From Bacteroidales bacterium (lineage in GTDB: Bacteria > Bacteroidota > Bacteroidia > Bacteroidales > UBA932): DNA of 64,000 nt. How positions within the stretch are numbered: the stretch's first letter is position 1; each line of letters begins with the position of its first letter. The position numbers and the translations under genes are program-made. Where the stretch lies: the NCBI GenBank assembly GCA_012744435.1, contig JAAYCA010000060.1:4067-68066 (forward strand), in the 5' to 3' direction. A model generated the notes under the pieces. That model was not told the DNA's origin, searched no databases, and was given only the letters and a program-made list of their open reading frames with translations. Positions 1 to 9,167 of the stretch are shown here, piece after piece.

Positions 1-218
1 GCCGCGAGCTGGTTCGCCGGCTGCACCGGCCGCTCGTGAGCACGTCAGCCAACATCTCCGGCGAACCCACACCCGCCACTTTTGCGGAGATTCCGGAAGA
101 AATCAAGGCCGCCGTGGATTATGTCGTCCCGAAACCCTTCGGGAACGGCGCCACGGGCCGCTCTTCGCAGATAATCAAGCTCGGTCTGGACGGCGAGGTG
201 GAGATCCTCAGGCCGTAA
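1..218 (+). CDS. L-threonylcarbamoyladenylate synthase (TsaC/YrdC/Sua5 family), C-terminal fragment; 5' end lies outside the window
   Basis: The frame is open from the window edge. The product reads ..RPLVSTSANISGEPTPATFAEIPEEIK.., which is the YrdC-type TSAN.SG.P core. Stop TAA at 216-218. Confidence 0.7.
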   Translation, partial: RELVRRLHRPLVSTSANISGEPTPATFAEIPEEIKAAVDYVVPKPFGNGATGRSSQIIKLGLDGEVEILRP

Positions 219-1071
219 AAAGATACATGGCCGTGGCGGCGACGACCGCAGCGGTCTCGGTGCGCAGCCGGCTCTCTCCGAGCGACACCGGGATCCACCC
301 GGCACCCCGCGCCAGCGCCGCCTCCTCCGGACTGAAATCCCCCTCCGGCCCGATCAGGATGATAATCGGCCTCTCTTCCCCCGGCAGGCAGCTGTTGCCG
401 CAAACCTTCGCTTCGCTCATCCCTCCCACTGACTCCGTCAGCGGGCCCCTCCCATTTACGAGGCCATGGGTGGCCACGGGTTTGCCGGCAGCACTGCCTG
501 CCGGTTGGGAAGAGCCGTCCGGAATCTCCAGCTGGGATAGGGCAGCAGAAATCAAGGTCCGTTCGACATCGTCGAAGCAGTAACAAATGAGTTTCAGGGC
601 ATCGGCAGGAGCGGATGCGATGAAGTCGCGGACGCTCTGCGGCTCGGCGATCTGCGGGATGGCGGCCTTGAGCGACTGTTTGGCGGCGGAGAGAGCGATG
701 CGGCGCAGGCGGTCCGTCTTGAGAACCCTGCGCTCCGAGCGTTCGCCGATCACCGGCGCGATCACGTCCACGCCGATCTCCGTCGCTTTCTCCACGAACC
801 ATTCGTAGCGGTCGATGTTCTTGGTCGGGCAGACCGCCATCGTAAGCTGATAGGGATGCGCTCCGAAACCGGGCTCCTCCTGTATGATGCGCAACTCCGC
901 GCCCCGGGCGTCGGCCAGTTCCAGCACACAGCGGCAGAGCGTCCCGTGTCCGTCGATCACGGACACCTCATCGCCTGCACGGTGCCGCAGCACGCGGACG
1001 AGATGCGCGGACTCCTCCGGGTCCAGCCGGACCCGTCCGTCGCGGATATCTTCGGAATAAAACAGTTCCAT
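208..1071 (-). CDS. rsmE: 16S rRNA (uracil1498-N3)-methyltransferase RsmE, carrying an in-frame repeat insertion
   Basis: 287 aa. The N-terminus MELFYSEDI..RLDPEESAHLVRVLR and the C-terminal LIGPEGDFSPEE...ESRLRTETAA are typical RsmE/SPOUT blocks. An extra low-complexity segment is encoded by 381-504. Confidence 0.85.
   Translation of the reverse strand: MELFYSEDIRDGRVRLDPEESAHLVRVLRHRAGDEVSVIDGHGTLCRCVLELADARGAELRIIQEEPGFGAHPYQLTMAVCPTKNIDRYEWFVEKATEIGVDVIAPVIGERSERRVLKTDRLRRIALSAAKQSLKAAIPQIAEPQSVRDFIASAPADALKLICYCFDDVERTLISAALSQLEIPDGSSQPAGSAAGKPVATHGLVNGRGPLTESVGGMSEAKVCGNSCLPGEERPIIILIGPEGDFSPEEAALARGAGWIPVSLGESRLRTETAAVVAATAMYLFTA
381..504. repeat. MITE-like palindromic element, copy A, in frame inside rsmE
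   Basis: The terminal arms 381-406 (ccggcaggcagctgttgccgcaaacc) and 479-504 (ggtttgccggcagcactgcctgccgg) are inverted repeats. The core is nearly identical to the reverse complement of the core of 14281-14415. Confidence 0.7.
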
Positions 1072-1074
1072 AGA

Positions 1075-2448
1075 CTATTTGAACAGCGCCTTGACCAGCG
1101 CCGGCACATCGGCGACCTTGACGATGCGGATGCCATCCGGCTTCAGGTCCAGTTTGGAGAACGAGGACACGAAAATCCGCTTGAAACCCAGCCGGGCGGC
1201 CTCCTGCACGCGGCGTTCGACCTGCCCGACAGGGCGGATCTCACCGCTGAGGCCCACTTCGCCGGCGAAGCAGACATCCGGCGGGATGGCGAAATCGAAA
1301 TTCGACGACAGCACGGCGCAGATGACCGCAAGGTCCACCGCCGGGTCGTTCACTTTCAGCCCCCCGGCCATGTTGAGAAACACATCTTTTGCGCTGAGGT
1401 GGAAGCCGGCGCGCTTCTCCAGCACGGCCAGCAGCATGTTGAGCCGGCGGGCGTCGAAACCCGTGGCGCTGCGCTGCGCCGTGCCGTACACGGCCGAACT
1501 CACCAGCGCCTGCACCTCGAAGAGCATCGGGCGCGTGCCGTCCAGCGTCGCCGCGATGGCCGTGCCGCTGAGTCCCTGCTCATGCATGGGAATCAGCAGT
1601 TCCGAAGGGTTCGCCACTTCCCGCAGACCGGTTCCCGTCATTTCGAAGACAGCCAGTTCGGAGGTGGAACCGAAGCGGTTCTTGATGCTCCGCAGGATGC
1701 GGTAGGAGCCGCGGTTCTCGCCCTCGAACTGCAGGACCACGTCCACGATGTGTTCGAGAATCTTCGGGCCGGCGATGAAGCCGTCCTTGGTGATATGACC
1801 GATCAGGATCACCGGCACGCCGCTTTCTTTGGCGAAGCGCAGCAGTGCGGAGGCGACTTCCCGCACCTGGCTCACCGAACCCGGGGCGGACTCCACCGAA
1901 TCGCTGTACATGGTCTGCACGGAATCCACGATCATCAGGTCGGGCCGCCGGGCGTCCGCCTCGGCAATCACGGCGTCGATCAGCGTCTCGCAGAAGATCG
2001 AGCAATGGGAATCGTCGCCGCCCAGGCGCCGGGCGCGCATGCCCACCTGCCGGGCGCTCTCCTCACCGGTGACATACAGCGTCTGTAAATCTTTGCAGCA
2101 CAGCGGGATCTGCAGACTCAAGGTGGACTTGCCTATGCCCGGCTCGCCGCCGATCAGCACCAGCGAGCCCGGCACCATGCCGCCGCCCAGAATGCGGTCC
2201 ACCTCGGCCATGCCGAGGGAAATCCGGGCCTCCTGCGAATCGTCGATCTCGCGCAGCGCCTGCGGACGGCGCTCGGAACGCACCGCTCCGCCGCTGCGCC
2301 CACCACCCGCCGCCGAACCCTTTTTCGACTCCGAGGGAGCCTCCACCAGGGTGTTCCATTCGCCGCATGCAGGGCAGCGCCCCATCCACTTGGGACTCTC
2401 GTTGCCGCACGAGGTGCAATAAAAAACGGTCTTCGCCTTTGTCGCCAT
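1075..2448 (-). CDS. radA: DNA repair protein RadA/Sms
   Basis: 457 aa. It has an N-terminal C4 zinc finger (YCTSCGNESPKWMGRCPACGEWNT), a Walker A motif GGEPGIGKST, and a Lon-like C-terminal domain. Confidence 0.95.
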   Translation of the reverse strand: MATKAKTVFYCTSCGNESPKWMGRCPACGEWNTLVEAPSESKKGSAAGGGRSGGAVRSERRPQALREIDDSQEARISLGMAEVDRILGGGMVPGSLVLIGGEPGIGKSTLSLQIPLCCKDLQTLYVTGEESARQVGMRARRLGGDDSHCSIFCETLIDAVIAEADARRPDLMIVDSVQTMYSDSVESAPGSVSQVREVASALLRFAKESGVPVILIGHITKDGFIAGPKILEHIVDVVLQFEGENRGSYRILRSIKNRFGSTSELAVFEMTGTGLREVANPSELLIPMHEQGLSGTAIAATLDGTRPMLFEVQALVSSAVYGTAQRSATGFDARRLNMLLAVLEKRAGFHLSAKDVFLNMAGGLKVNDPAVDLAVICAVLSSNFDFAIPPDVCFAGEVGLSGEIRPVGQVERRVQEAARLGFKRIFVSSFSKLDLKPDGIRIVKVADVPALVKALFK

Positions 2449-2480
2449 AGCGACACAAAAATACGAAAAAAGAATTACGC

Positions 2481-2840
2481 CTACAACGTCTCCCGCTTCC
2501 TGGTCACAGAGACCACGCCCAGTGCAATGGCGAGGCAGGCGATGGCGCCGAAAAGGATTTCTTTCTTGTCCTGCAACGCTTCAAGCGCTTTCGTAAGGGC
2601 CGTGCCGTCCGTTGCCGGCTGGGCGGGATGCAACAGTACCAGCAGCGTGATCAGGCATCCGAGCGCGAGGCCCGCCGCCAGCGCGACGATCAGCGCGATC
2701 CGCCCGCGGCGGCGCACGCCGTCCACTTCCTTCTTGATGCCCTCCACGGCGTTCAGCCGGGCGTTTGTCTCGATCAGGAACTGCCCTTCGGCCGGTGTCT
2801 CCGGCGCATTTTCACGCAGGAATTGTTCTATGTCTTTCAT
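2481..2840 (-). CDS. Putative anti-sigma/membrane protein coupled to the ECF sigma factor
   Basis: 119 aa starting MKDIEQFL. Its ATG overlaps the sigma-factor stop codon (ATGA). It has two hydrophobic segments (IALIVALAAGLALGCLITLLVLL and ILFGAIACLAIALGVVSV). The longer 265-aa track ORF is an antisense/overlap artefact. Confidence 0.55.
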   Translation of the reverse strand: MKDIEQFLRENAPETPAEGQFLIETNARLNAVEGIKKEVDGVRRRGRIALIVALAAGLALGCLITLLVLLHPAQPATDGTALTKALEALQDKKEILFGAIACLAIALGVVSVTRKRETL

Positions 2841-3313
2841 AAGCGGATGTGCTGTTTGAGGTGGTCTCTGCCCACCGAGAGATGATATTTGACCGTCCCA
2901 GCCGGGATCTGCATGATGGAAGCGATCTCTTTGACCGGCAGGTCTTCGAAATAATGCAGGACGATGGCGGTCCGCTCCTTTTCCGGGATCCGCGTCAGCG
3001 CCCGCCGCAATTCTTCGTGTCGAAAAGAGGCATCCGAGGCGGCTTCGCCGGCTACGTGCAGGGCCTCCGGGGAATCCAGCGACGCCGCCGGCACCGGCAC
3101 GCGCCGCAGGTTGTCGATGAAACAGTTGTAGGCGATCCGGAAAACCCAGGCCTTGAAATTCCCGACGAAGCGGTCCGAACTCACGTAGGCACGCACCAGC
3201 GCCTCCTGCGCCAGGTCGTCGGCCAGAGCGGCGTCCCCGCACAGCGATGCCAGGAACCGCCGCAGCCGTCCCTGACACGCCCTCACTTCGGAAATGAACC
3301 GCTCCCGGGTCAT
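2837..3313 (-). CDS. RNA polymerase ECF-type sigma-70 family factor
   Basis: 158 aa. Region 2 (DLAQEALVRAY..FKAWVFRIAYNCFIDNLRR) and region 4 HTH (LPVKEIASIMQIPAGTVKYHLSVGR) are both recognisable. Confidence 0.9.
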   Translation of the reverse strand: MTRERFISEVRACQGRLRRFLASLCGDAALADDLAQEALVRAYVSSDRFVGNFKAWVFRIAYNCFIDNLRRVPVPAASLDSPEALHVAGEAASDASFRHEELRRALTRIPEKERTAIVLHYFEDLPVKEIASIMQIPAGTVKYHLSVGRDHLKQHIRL

Positions 3314-3325
3314 CCTTTACCGATT

Positions 3326-3745
3326 CTACTCAAGCTCTTTTTCCTCGGCCTCGATCTCCTTGGCCATCATCTTCTTTCCTACAAAATAAGAGACGAAGAG
3401 TCCGATGCCTACCGCCAGCATCGCACCGGCCGCGTAAGGAAGGAATGCATCGAATCCGTAGTCGTCTCCTACTTTGAACAGCATAACGAGCAGGAAGGCC
3501 ACGCCCATTAGGCTGGTGATGCAGGCGCCGTTGAGTTTGTCCAGAAGATCCTGCTTGATCGAGGCTTTCTTCTTTTTGCCCTTGAAGATCTCGGGATCGA
3601 TGCTCTGGCCGTTTTCTATGGCTTTCAGCATGATTTCCGCTTTGCGGTTGGTCTCATTCTGCCGCACGCGGCCGATAAGCCAGACAATCAGGACGGGAAG
3701 GACGACGCAGATAGCGATCGGAACCAGGATTTCTACAAAATACAT
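3326..3745 (-). CDS. Small membrane protein, first gene of the ECF sigma operon
   Basis: 139 aa. It has an N-terminal TM segment, a charged middle region (KGKKKKASIKQ), two C-terminal TM segments and an acidic tail. It lies 12 nt upstream of the sigma gene on the same strand. Confidence 0.6.
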   Translation of the reverse strand: MYFVEILVPIAICVVLPVLIVWLIGRVRQNETNRKAEIMLKAIENGQSIDPEIFKGKKKKASIKQDLLDKLNGACITSLMGVAFLLVMLFKVGDDYGFDAFLPYAAGAMLAVGIGLFVSYFVGKKMMAKEIEAEEKELE

Positions 3746-3800
3746 AATAGTTTATTGTTTAATCGTTCAACTTTTTCCCCTCTTTCCGGGGCGGTTTCAT

Positions 3801-3838
3801 AGCTATAACGCAAAACCGGTCCGAAAGGTTGGGAAAAA
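3801..3838 (-). promoter_or_regulatory. ECF-type promoter candidate (AAC-N17-CGT) upstream of the ECF sigma operon
   Basis: The minus strand reads TTTTTCCCAACCTTTCGGaccggtTTTGCGTTATAGC, about 55 nt upstream of the ATG at 3745. The same 13+12 nt motif with an identical 6-nt gap occurs at 13861-13898. Confidence 0.5.
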
Positions 3839-3848
3839 TTGAAAAAAA

Positions 3849-5816
3849 TTAAAGCCGCAATACGGCGCCGAGTTTCAACCATAGGCCGGGCTGGGGGATG
3901 TTCCCATGGTCGAAGTAGCTGACGTTCAGCAGATTGTCCGCCTCCAACCAGACAGACCACCTGTCCTCGTCCCAGGACATCCTGCCGTCCACGAGGCTAT
4001 AGGGCCTGTAGGGAACGATGTTCCCCGTACCTTTTCCCTCAAGATACTCCTCGTAACTCCCCACCCGGTCGTGCCATCTGTAGGAAAGCTGGACGGAAAG
4101 CCGCTCCAGGAACTTCAGGTCAGCCTGGATAACCATCTTGTTGCGCAGATACTCGAGGGAGTAATAAGACTGGATGCCCGGCTCGGCCTTCTTGTCCTGA
4201 GAGACATGGGCATAGCTGACGGAAACGCTCTTGACGGGAAATTCCGCCCGGTTCAGCAGCACGGCCGGCTCGAAGCGGGCCGTGATCTCGCCGCCCAGCG
4301 ACTTGATCCGGGCATGGTTGACCGACTGCCAGGGAGCGTCTGCAACCGTGACGTCGCGGATCCAGTCGATGAGATCGCGCCCGTCCAGACGGTACACGCT
4401 GCCCACGATCCGGACTCCGGGAGAAAGAAACTTCAATCCGGCCTCCACGGACTGCATCTTCTCGGCCTTGAGGTTTTTGTCCGCCCGGTATCCTCCCACC
4501 GAATAATAGAGCTCCGTAAAAGAAGGCATCCGCCGGGAGCTGTTGTATGAGGCATACAGTTTCAGTTTCGGCGTGAGCTGGAAACTGGCGTCCGCGCCCG
4601 GATAAAGCCGGAATCCCTCGTCGTTGCCGGTATTGCGGGAAAGACTGGCGCCCCCGGAAAAGGAAAATCGCGAAAGAGTAACGTTGTGCTCCAGGAAGAA
4701 ACTCATATCCGTGCGGTTCAAGCCGCATTTGTACGATGCGTCGTGACCCCGGGCCTGCAGATCCCGGCCCAGCGGCTCTCCGAGATTGGTGCTGACGAGG
4801 CCTTCATTCCGGATTTCCGCCCCGAAGGCCGTCCGCCCCAGGACCGTCTCCATCCAGGCATCCAGGTTCAGGCCGAGGACATTTGTCCTGTGGTAGTTGA
4901 AGGGATAGCGGTCCGGCTGCGAGCGGAACAGCTCGAAGCGGTCCTCCCCATGGTTCCAGTACAGTTTCGGACGAAAATGCAGGAACCCCTGCGACTCGCC
5001 CTGGACGGCCAGGAAGGTCTTGACGGTATGCTCGAACTGGTCGTCGAACTTCGGAGAATAAAAAGTCCCCGAGCCAAAATCTTTGACGGACGTCCCCGCA
5101 TGCCAGCTGAGCCGGAAGTCCCGCAGATCCGCATCTCCCCGGTAGAATGCCTTGAACGCCTTGAAATCCATGTTGAGACTTCCGGCACGGTTGCGCGTGT
5201 AGCCGTCGCTCCGGGAATAACTCGCCGACAGGGCGTTCTGTATCTTCCGGCCGGCCTGCCGCACACTGAGCGAGCCGGAGGCAAGGCCGAACGATCCGCC
5301 CTCCATTCGCAGCTCCACGCCATTCCGCGCGGATTTCCGGGTGACGATATTGATGGCTCCGAGCAGGGAAGAAGTGCCGTAGGTGCGGGCCGCGGGCCCT
5401 TCGAGGATCTCGATGCGCTCGATCTCGGAGACGGGCACGGGAAAATCCGCGGAATTATGCCCCGTCTGCGGGTCCGAGATGCTTATTCCGTCCAGCAGGA
5501 CGGCGATCTGCTCGCAGGTCCCGCCCCGCAGGCTGATGTCGGTCTGGACCCCCTCGGGTCCCCGCTGCCGGACATCCACGCCCACGGCGAATTTAAGGAG
5601 ATCGTTGATGTTCGAAGCCGGAATCGAAGAAATGGCCAGACTGTCCAGCACGGTCACCATCCTTGCACTTTGGCCCAGGAAGGCGGGAAGCCTGGTCGCA
5701 GTGACGACAATGCCTTCGAGCTGTTCGAGAGCGGAGACTTCCTGTGCCCGGCAGATGCCCGGGACCGTCAGGAATGAGAGGATGAACAATAGTTTAAAAC
5801 GCCCCGCACCCATCAT
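3849..5816 (-). CDS. TonB-dependent receptor (plug + 22-strand barrel)
   Basis: 655 aa. It has a signal peptide, a plug region (VVTATR..DSLAISSIPASNINDLLKF..GVDVRQRG) and a C-terminal aromatic-rich barrel ending ..GAVLRL. Confidence 0.9.
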   Translation of the reverse strand: MMGAGRFKLLFILSFLTVPGICRAQEVSALEQLEGIVVTATRLPAFLGQSARMVTVLDSLAISSIPASNINDLLKFAVGVDVRQRGPEGVQTDISLRGGTCEQIAVLLDGISISDPQTGHNSADFPVPVSEIERIEILEGPAARTYGTSSLLGAINIVTRKSARNGVELRMEGGSFGLASGSLSVRQAGRKIQNALSASYSRSDGYTRNRAGSLNMDFKAFKAFYRGDADLRDFRLSWHAGTSVKDFGSGTFYSPKFDDQFEHTVKTFLAVQGESQGFLHFRPKLYWNHGEDRFELFRSQPDRYPFNYHRTNVLGLNLDAWMETVLGRTAFGAEIRNEGLVSTNLGEPLGRDLQARGHDASYKCGLNRTDMSFFLEHNVTLSRFSFSGGASLSRNTGNDEGFRLYPGADASFQLTPKLKLYASYNSSRRMPSFTELYYSVGGYRADKNLKAEKMQSVEAGLKFLSPGVRIVGSVYRLDGRDLIDWIRDVTVADAPWQSVNHARIKSLGGEITARFEPAVLLNRAEFPVKSVSVSYAHVSQDKKAEPGIQSYYSLEYLRNKMVIQADLKFLERLSVQLSYRWHDRVGSYEEYLEGKGTGNIVPYRPYSLVDGRMSWDEDRWSVWLEADNLLNVSYFDHGNIPQPGLWLKLGAVLRL

Positions 5817-6316
5817 ACGTGTCCCTCGCGCTTCAACTCAAACACCTCCATGTCCTTGACCTCGCCGTCCTCGACCTTGAAACGGAGGGCGGTGCGTACG
5901 ACATGCCAGCCCTGCAGGCCGGCGGCGCCGGGATTGATATAAAGCATATTGTACCGGTGATCCTGCATGACCTTGAGGATGTGGGAATGCCCGCAGATGA
6001 ACACGTCCGGCCGGTAGCGGTCGATCAGGGCCGCGGCGCGCAGGTCATAATGCCCCGGAGAGCCGCCGATGTGGGTCATCAGGACCTTCAGGCCCTGGAC
6101 CTCCAGATACTGGTGCATCGGGTATTCCCGGCGGATGTCCTGCCCGTCGCAGTTGCCGCATACGCCGACGAGCGGCTTGAACGCCGCGATGCTGTCGGCA
6201 AAGGACAGGCCCCCGCCGAAGTCGCCGGCATGCCAGATCACGTCCACCGGTTCCAGGAATTGCCGGAAACCCTCGGAAAAGACACCGTGCGTGTCGGACA
6301 GCAGCCCTACATACAT
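5813..6316 (-). CDS. Metallophosphoesterase, YfcE/MJ0936 family
   Basis: 167 aa with the motifs MYVGLLSDTHG, WHAGDF, GNCD and ICGHSH. Its stop overlaps the TBDR start by 4 nt. Confidence 0.85.
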   Translation of the reverse strand: MYVGLLSDTHGVFSEGFRQFLEPVDVIWHAGDFGGGLSFADSIAAFKPLVGVCGNCDGQDIRREYPMHQYLEVQGLKVLMTHIGGSPGHYDLRAAALIDRYRPDVFICGHSHILKVMQDHRYNMLYINPGAAGLQGWHVVRTALRFKVEDGEVKDMEVFELKREGHV

Positions 6317-7326
6317 AGTTTCTTCTCCCAGGCCCAGGCTGCCTTCAGCGTGTCTGCGATGCTGCGTTCCGCCTTCCAGCCCAGCTCCTGCTCCGCAAGG
6401 GTCGGATCCGCCCAGATGGCCACTACGTCGCCCGGACGGCGCGGGGCGAATTTCCAGTTGAGCTTCACATCGTTGACCTGCTCGAAGGTGTTGATCAGCT
6501 CCAGCACGGACAGCGGCCGGCCGGTGCCGACATTGAATACCTCATACGACTCCTTCATCCGAGCGTCGCACATCCGGCCGACGGCACAGACGTGCGCCTT
6601 CGCCAGGTCCACGATGTCGATGAAATCGCGCAGGCACGTCCCGTCCGGGGTCGGATAGTCATTGCCGAACACCGACAGGCACGCACGCTTGCCAACCGCC
6701 GTCTGGGTGATGAAGGGCACGAGGTTGTTGGGCACACCGCGCGGCAGCTCGCCGATCAGTGCAGAAGGGTGTGCGCCGATGGGATTGAAATAGCGCAGCG
6801 CGATGCCGCGCATGCCGGGATAGGCGCGTACGCTGTCGCGCAGGATGTCCTCGCACACCGTCTTCGTATTGCCGTAGGGCGATTCCGCCGGCTGACGCGG
6901 GCTCCGCTCCGTCACAGGAAGATCGTCCGTCTGTCCATAGACCGTCGCCGACGAGGAGAAAAGCACATTGCAACCACCCTTCGCACGCGCCGCATCCAGG
7001 ATATTGACAAAAGAAACAAGATTGTTGCGATAGTACTTCAGCGGCTCCGAAACGGACTCGCCCACCGCCTTGAAGGCGGCGAAATGAATCACGGCATCGA
7101 TGGGATATTTTCCGAAAAGCGCATCGACGGCACCCTTGTCGCAGAAATCCATCCGGACCAGCGGCATCTCCCGTCCGAGGATGGCACAGACGCCCTTGTA
7201 GTTGGTGTCGTCGCAGTTGGAGAAATTATCGGCGATGACGACGTCGTAGCCGGCCTGCGCCAGCTCCACGGTCACATGGCTGCCGATGAATCCGGCACCG
7301 CCGGACACAAGTACGGTTTTTTTCAT
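6307..7326 (-). CDS. galE: UDP-glucose 4-epimerase
   Basis: Starts MKKTVLVSGGAGFIGSH (Rossmann GxxGxxG). It has a YxxxK motif (SPYGNTK) and a typical GalE C-terminus. The start is placed at the second Met of the track ORF. Confidence 0.9.
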   Translation of the reverse strand: MKKTVLVSGGAGFIGSHVTVELAQAGYDVVIADNFSNCDDTNYKGVCAILGREMPLVRMDFCDKGAVDALFGKYPIDAVIHFAAFKAVGESVSEPLKYYRNNLVSFVNILDAARAKGGCNVLFSSSATVYGQTDDLPVTERSPRQPAESPYGNTKTVCEDILRDSVRAYPGMRGIALRYFNPIGAHPSALIGELPRGVPNNLVPFITQTAVGKRACLSVFGNDYPTPDGTCLRDFIDIVDLAKAHVCAVGRMCDARMKESYEVFNVGTGRPLSVLELINTFEQVNDVKLNWKFAPRRPGDVVAIWADPTLAEQELGWKAERSIADTLKAAWAWEKKLCM

Positions 7327-7805
7327 ATCGAGATTTGTTTCCATTCTTTATACGGATGCTTCGTCAGCGACGAATTGCAGTATCGGTGATCGTCGGAGAC
7401 CTCTGCGCCCAGCCAGGCGGGCCGCATGAAGGGCTCGTCCTCAGTCGAAAGCTCGATCTCCGCCACCGTCAGCCCCTCGTTGTCGCCATGGAATTCATCC
7501 ACCTCCCAGACATGGCCGTCCGCTGCCGGAACGAGGTGCCGGGTCTTGTCGATCACGCCCGGTTCGCAGAGGGTGAGCAGCTGCTCCGCCTCGGCGGCCG
7601 GGATTTCCTTCTCCCATTCGAAGCGCGACAGCCCCCGGGACGGTCCCTTGACGGTCAGATAGCCCCGGTCCCCGCGGATCCGGACGCGGACGGTGCGGCC
7701 GGGCGCCGTGTTCAGGAAGCCCTGCACAATACGGCTGGCGCCGGAAACCTCCCTGCGGAAGTCACCGGCGACCAGAAACTTTCTTTCAATTTCAAGGAAG
7801 GCCAT
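7323..7805 (-). CDS. CYTH domain protein (CyaB/ThTPase-like triphosphate tunnel metalloenzyme)
   Basis: Starts MAFLEIERKFLV (the EXEXK signature). VRVRIRG and TVAEIEL strands follow. Confidence 0.8.
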   Translation of the reverse strand: MAFLEIERKFLVAGDFRREVSGASRIVQGFLNTAPGRTVRVRIRGDRGYLTVKGPSRGLSRFEWEKEIPAAEAEQLLTLCEPGVIDKTRHLVPAADGHVWEVDEFHGDNEGLTVAEIELSTEDEPFMRPAWLGAEVSDDHRYCNSSLTKHPYKEWKQISI

Positions 7806-7844
7806 TCGCGTTCGTGCTGTCCTTCCGCAAAGATACACAAATAA

Positions 7845-9167
7845 TCAGAACTGCAGATCGCGCCCGCGGTAGAAATCCAGCAATTTGGTCTGGTAGAGAC
7901 ACTGGAAACGGGCCTGGATGTGTTCGGACTCGGCCCGCAGCCAGTTGTTGCGGGCATCGTTGTATTCCGCGACGCCGGCCTTGCCGACGCGGTACTTCTC
8001 CTCTGTCAGCTCGTAGTGCAGCCGGGCGCTCTCCGCCGATTCGCGGCTGCCCGCAAAGCGGCCCTGCGAGGCCACGGCGTTGTAGTAGGCCTGCTGGATC
8101 TCCTTGTAGAGCGATTTCTTGACGTTTTCGAGCTGGATCTGCTGGCCCTTGTAGCTGAGCTCCGCGTTACGGACGTTGTTGCGCGTGTTGAAGCGCGTGA
8201 AGATGGGCACGTTCATCGACAGTCCGATATACTGGCTGAAATTGTTCTTCAGCTGCTCCCCGAAGCTCTGGGAATCAAACTTCGAGTTGGTGTAGTAGTT
8301 GGAGCCGAGACCGCCGCTGAGCGAGATGGAAGGCAGGTACGCACCCTTGGCGCGGGTGATCGCCAGCTCCGCATAATCCACGTTGAGTTTTGCCGCCTCC
8401 ACGGACGGCTTCACCTCGACGGCCTCGGCATAGATGGCCTCCGGACGCATCAGCAGGGTCTGCGAAGGATCCCCGACCTCCGGCGTGACGATGGAGAAGC
8501 CCTCCGGGGAAGGAAGTTCCAGCAGCTGCGTGAGATCCAGCAGGGCGATGTTGAGGTTGCCTTCCGCCTGGATCTCGCTCTGGCGGCTCTGAGCCAGGGT
8601 CGCCTGCTGCGCCGCCACTTCCGCGGCGCTCACCTTGCCGGCATCGAGCCGTTCCCGGATCTGCTCCAGCAGTTCCTCGTCATGGGAGGACTGTTCGCGG
8701 GCGACGCGCAGCAGCTCCTGGTTGTACAGGATCTGCACAAACGCCTGGGCCACGGCCACGCGGATATCGTCGCGCGCCTTCTCCAGATCGGCCGTCGCCG
8801 CGGCCAGGTTCAGCTTGCCGAGCTTGATGCCGTTGGCAATGTCGAAGCCCTGGAAGACCGGCATTTCACCGCCGAGGCTGAAGGAGGTGGACGTCGTATT
8901 CGAATTGGAATACGTATTGTCCGCCGTGAGGCCGCGCCCGAAGGAGAGGTTCTCCGAAGCGGAAGCGCTCAGGGCCGGCAGTCGGCGGTTCTGGGCGGAG
9001 TTCAGCTCCACCTCTCGCTGCTCCACGGCGAGCGCGCTCTGCTGCACGGTCAGGTTGTGCTCCAGCGCATAATCGATGCAGTCCTGGAGACTCCAGGGGC
9101 CGTTCTGCGCCTGGACGGAGACGCCGCAAAGCAACGCGGCGCCAAGAATCATGATGCTACGCTTCAT
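7845..9167 (-). CDS. TolC-family outer membrane efflux protein (efflux operon 1)
   Basis: 440 aa with a signal peptide and two repeated helix/strand halves rich in A/Q/L. Its start overlaps the stop of the adaptor gene. Confidence 0.9.
   Translation of the reverse strand: MKRSIMILGAALLCGVSVQAQNGPWSLQDCIDYALEHNLTVQQSALAVEQREVELNSAQNRRLPALSASASENLSFGRGLTADNTYSNSNTTSTSFSLGGEMPVFQGFDIANGIKLGKLNLAAATADLEKARDDIRVAVAQAFVQILYNQELLRVAREQSSHDEELLEQIRERLDAGKVSAAEVAAQQATLAQSRQSEIQAEGNLNIALLDLTQLLELPSPEGFSIVTPEVGDPSQTLLMRPEAIYAEAVEVKPSVEAAKLNVDYAELAITRAKGAYLPSISLSGGLGSNYYTNSKFDSQSFGEQLKNNFSQYIGLSMNVPIFTRFNTRNNVRNAELSYKGQQIQLENVKKSLYKEIQQAYYNAVASQGRFAGSRESAESARLHYELTEEKYRVGKAGVAEYNDARNNWLRAESEHIQARFQCLYQTKLLDFYRGRDLQF

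Noticed and set aside
2481-3278. 265-aa ORF overlapping the ECF sigma gene
   Set aside because: The upstream 146 aa are an out-of-frame overlap with the sigma factor and are rich in Arg, Gly, Ala and Pro. Only the last 119 aa (from MKDIEQFL) look like a real membrane protein.
5817-5900. Looked for a cobalamin or other riboswitch upstream of the BtuB-like TonB-dependent receptor
   Set aside because: The receptor start overlaps the stop of the upstream metallophosphoesterase gene by 4 nt. There is no leader region to hold a riboswitch.
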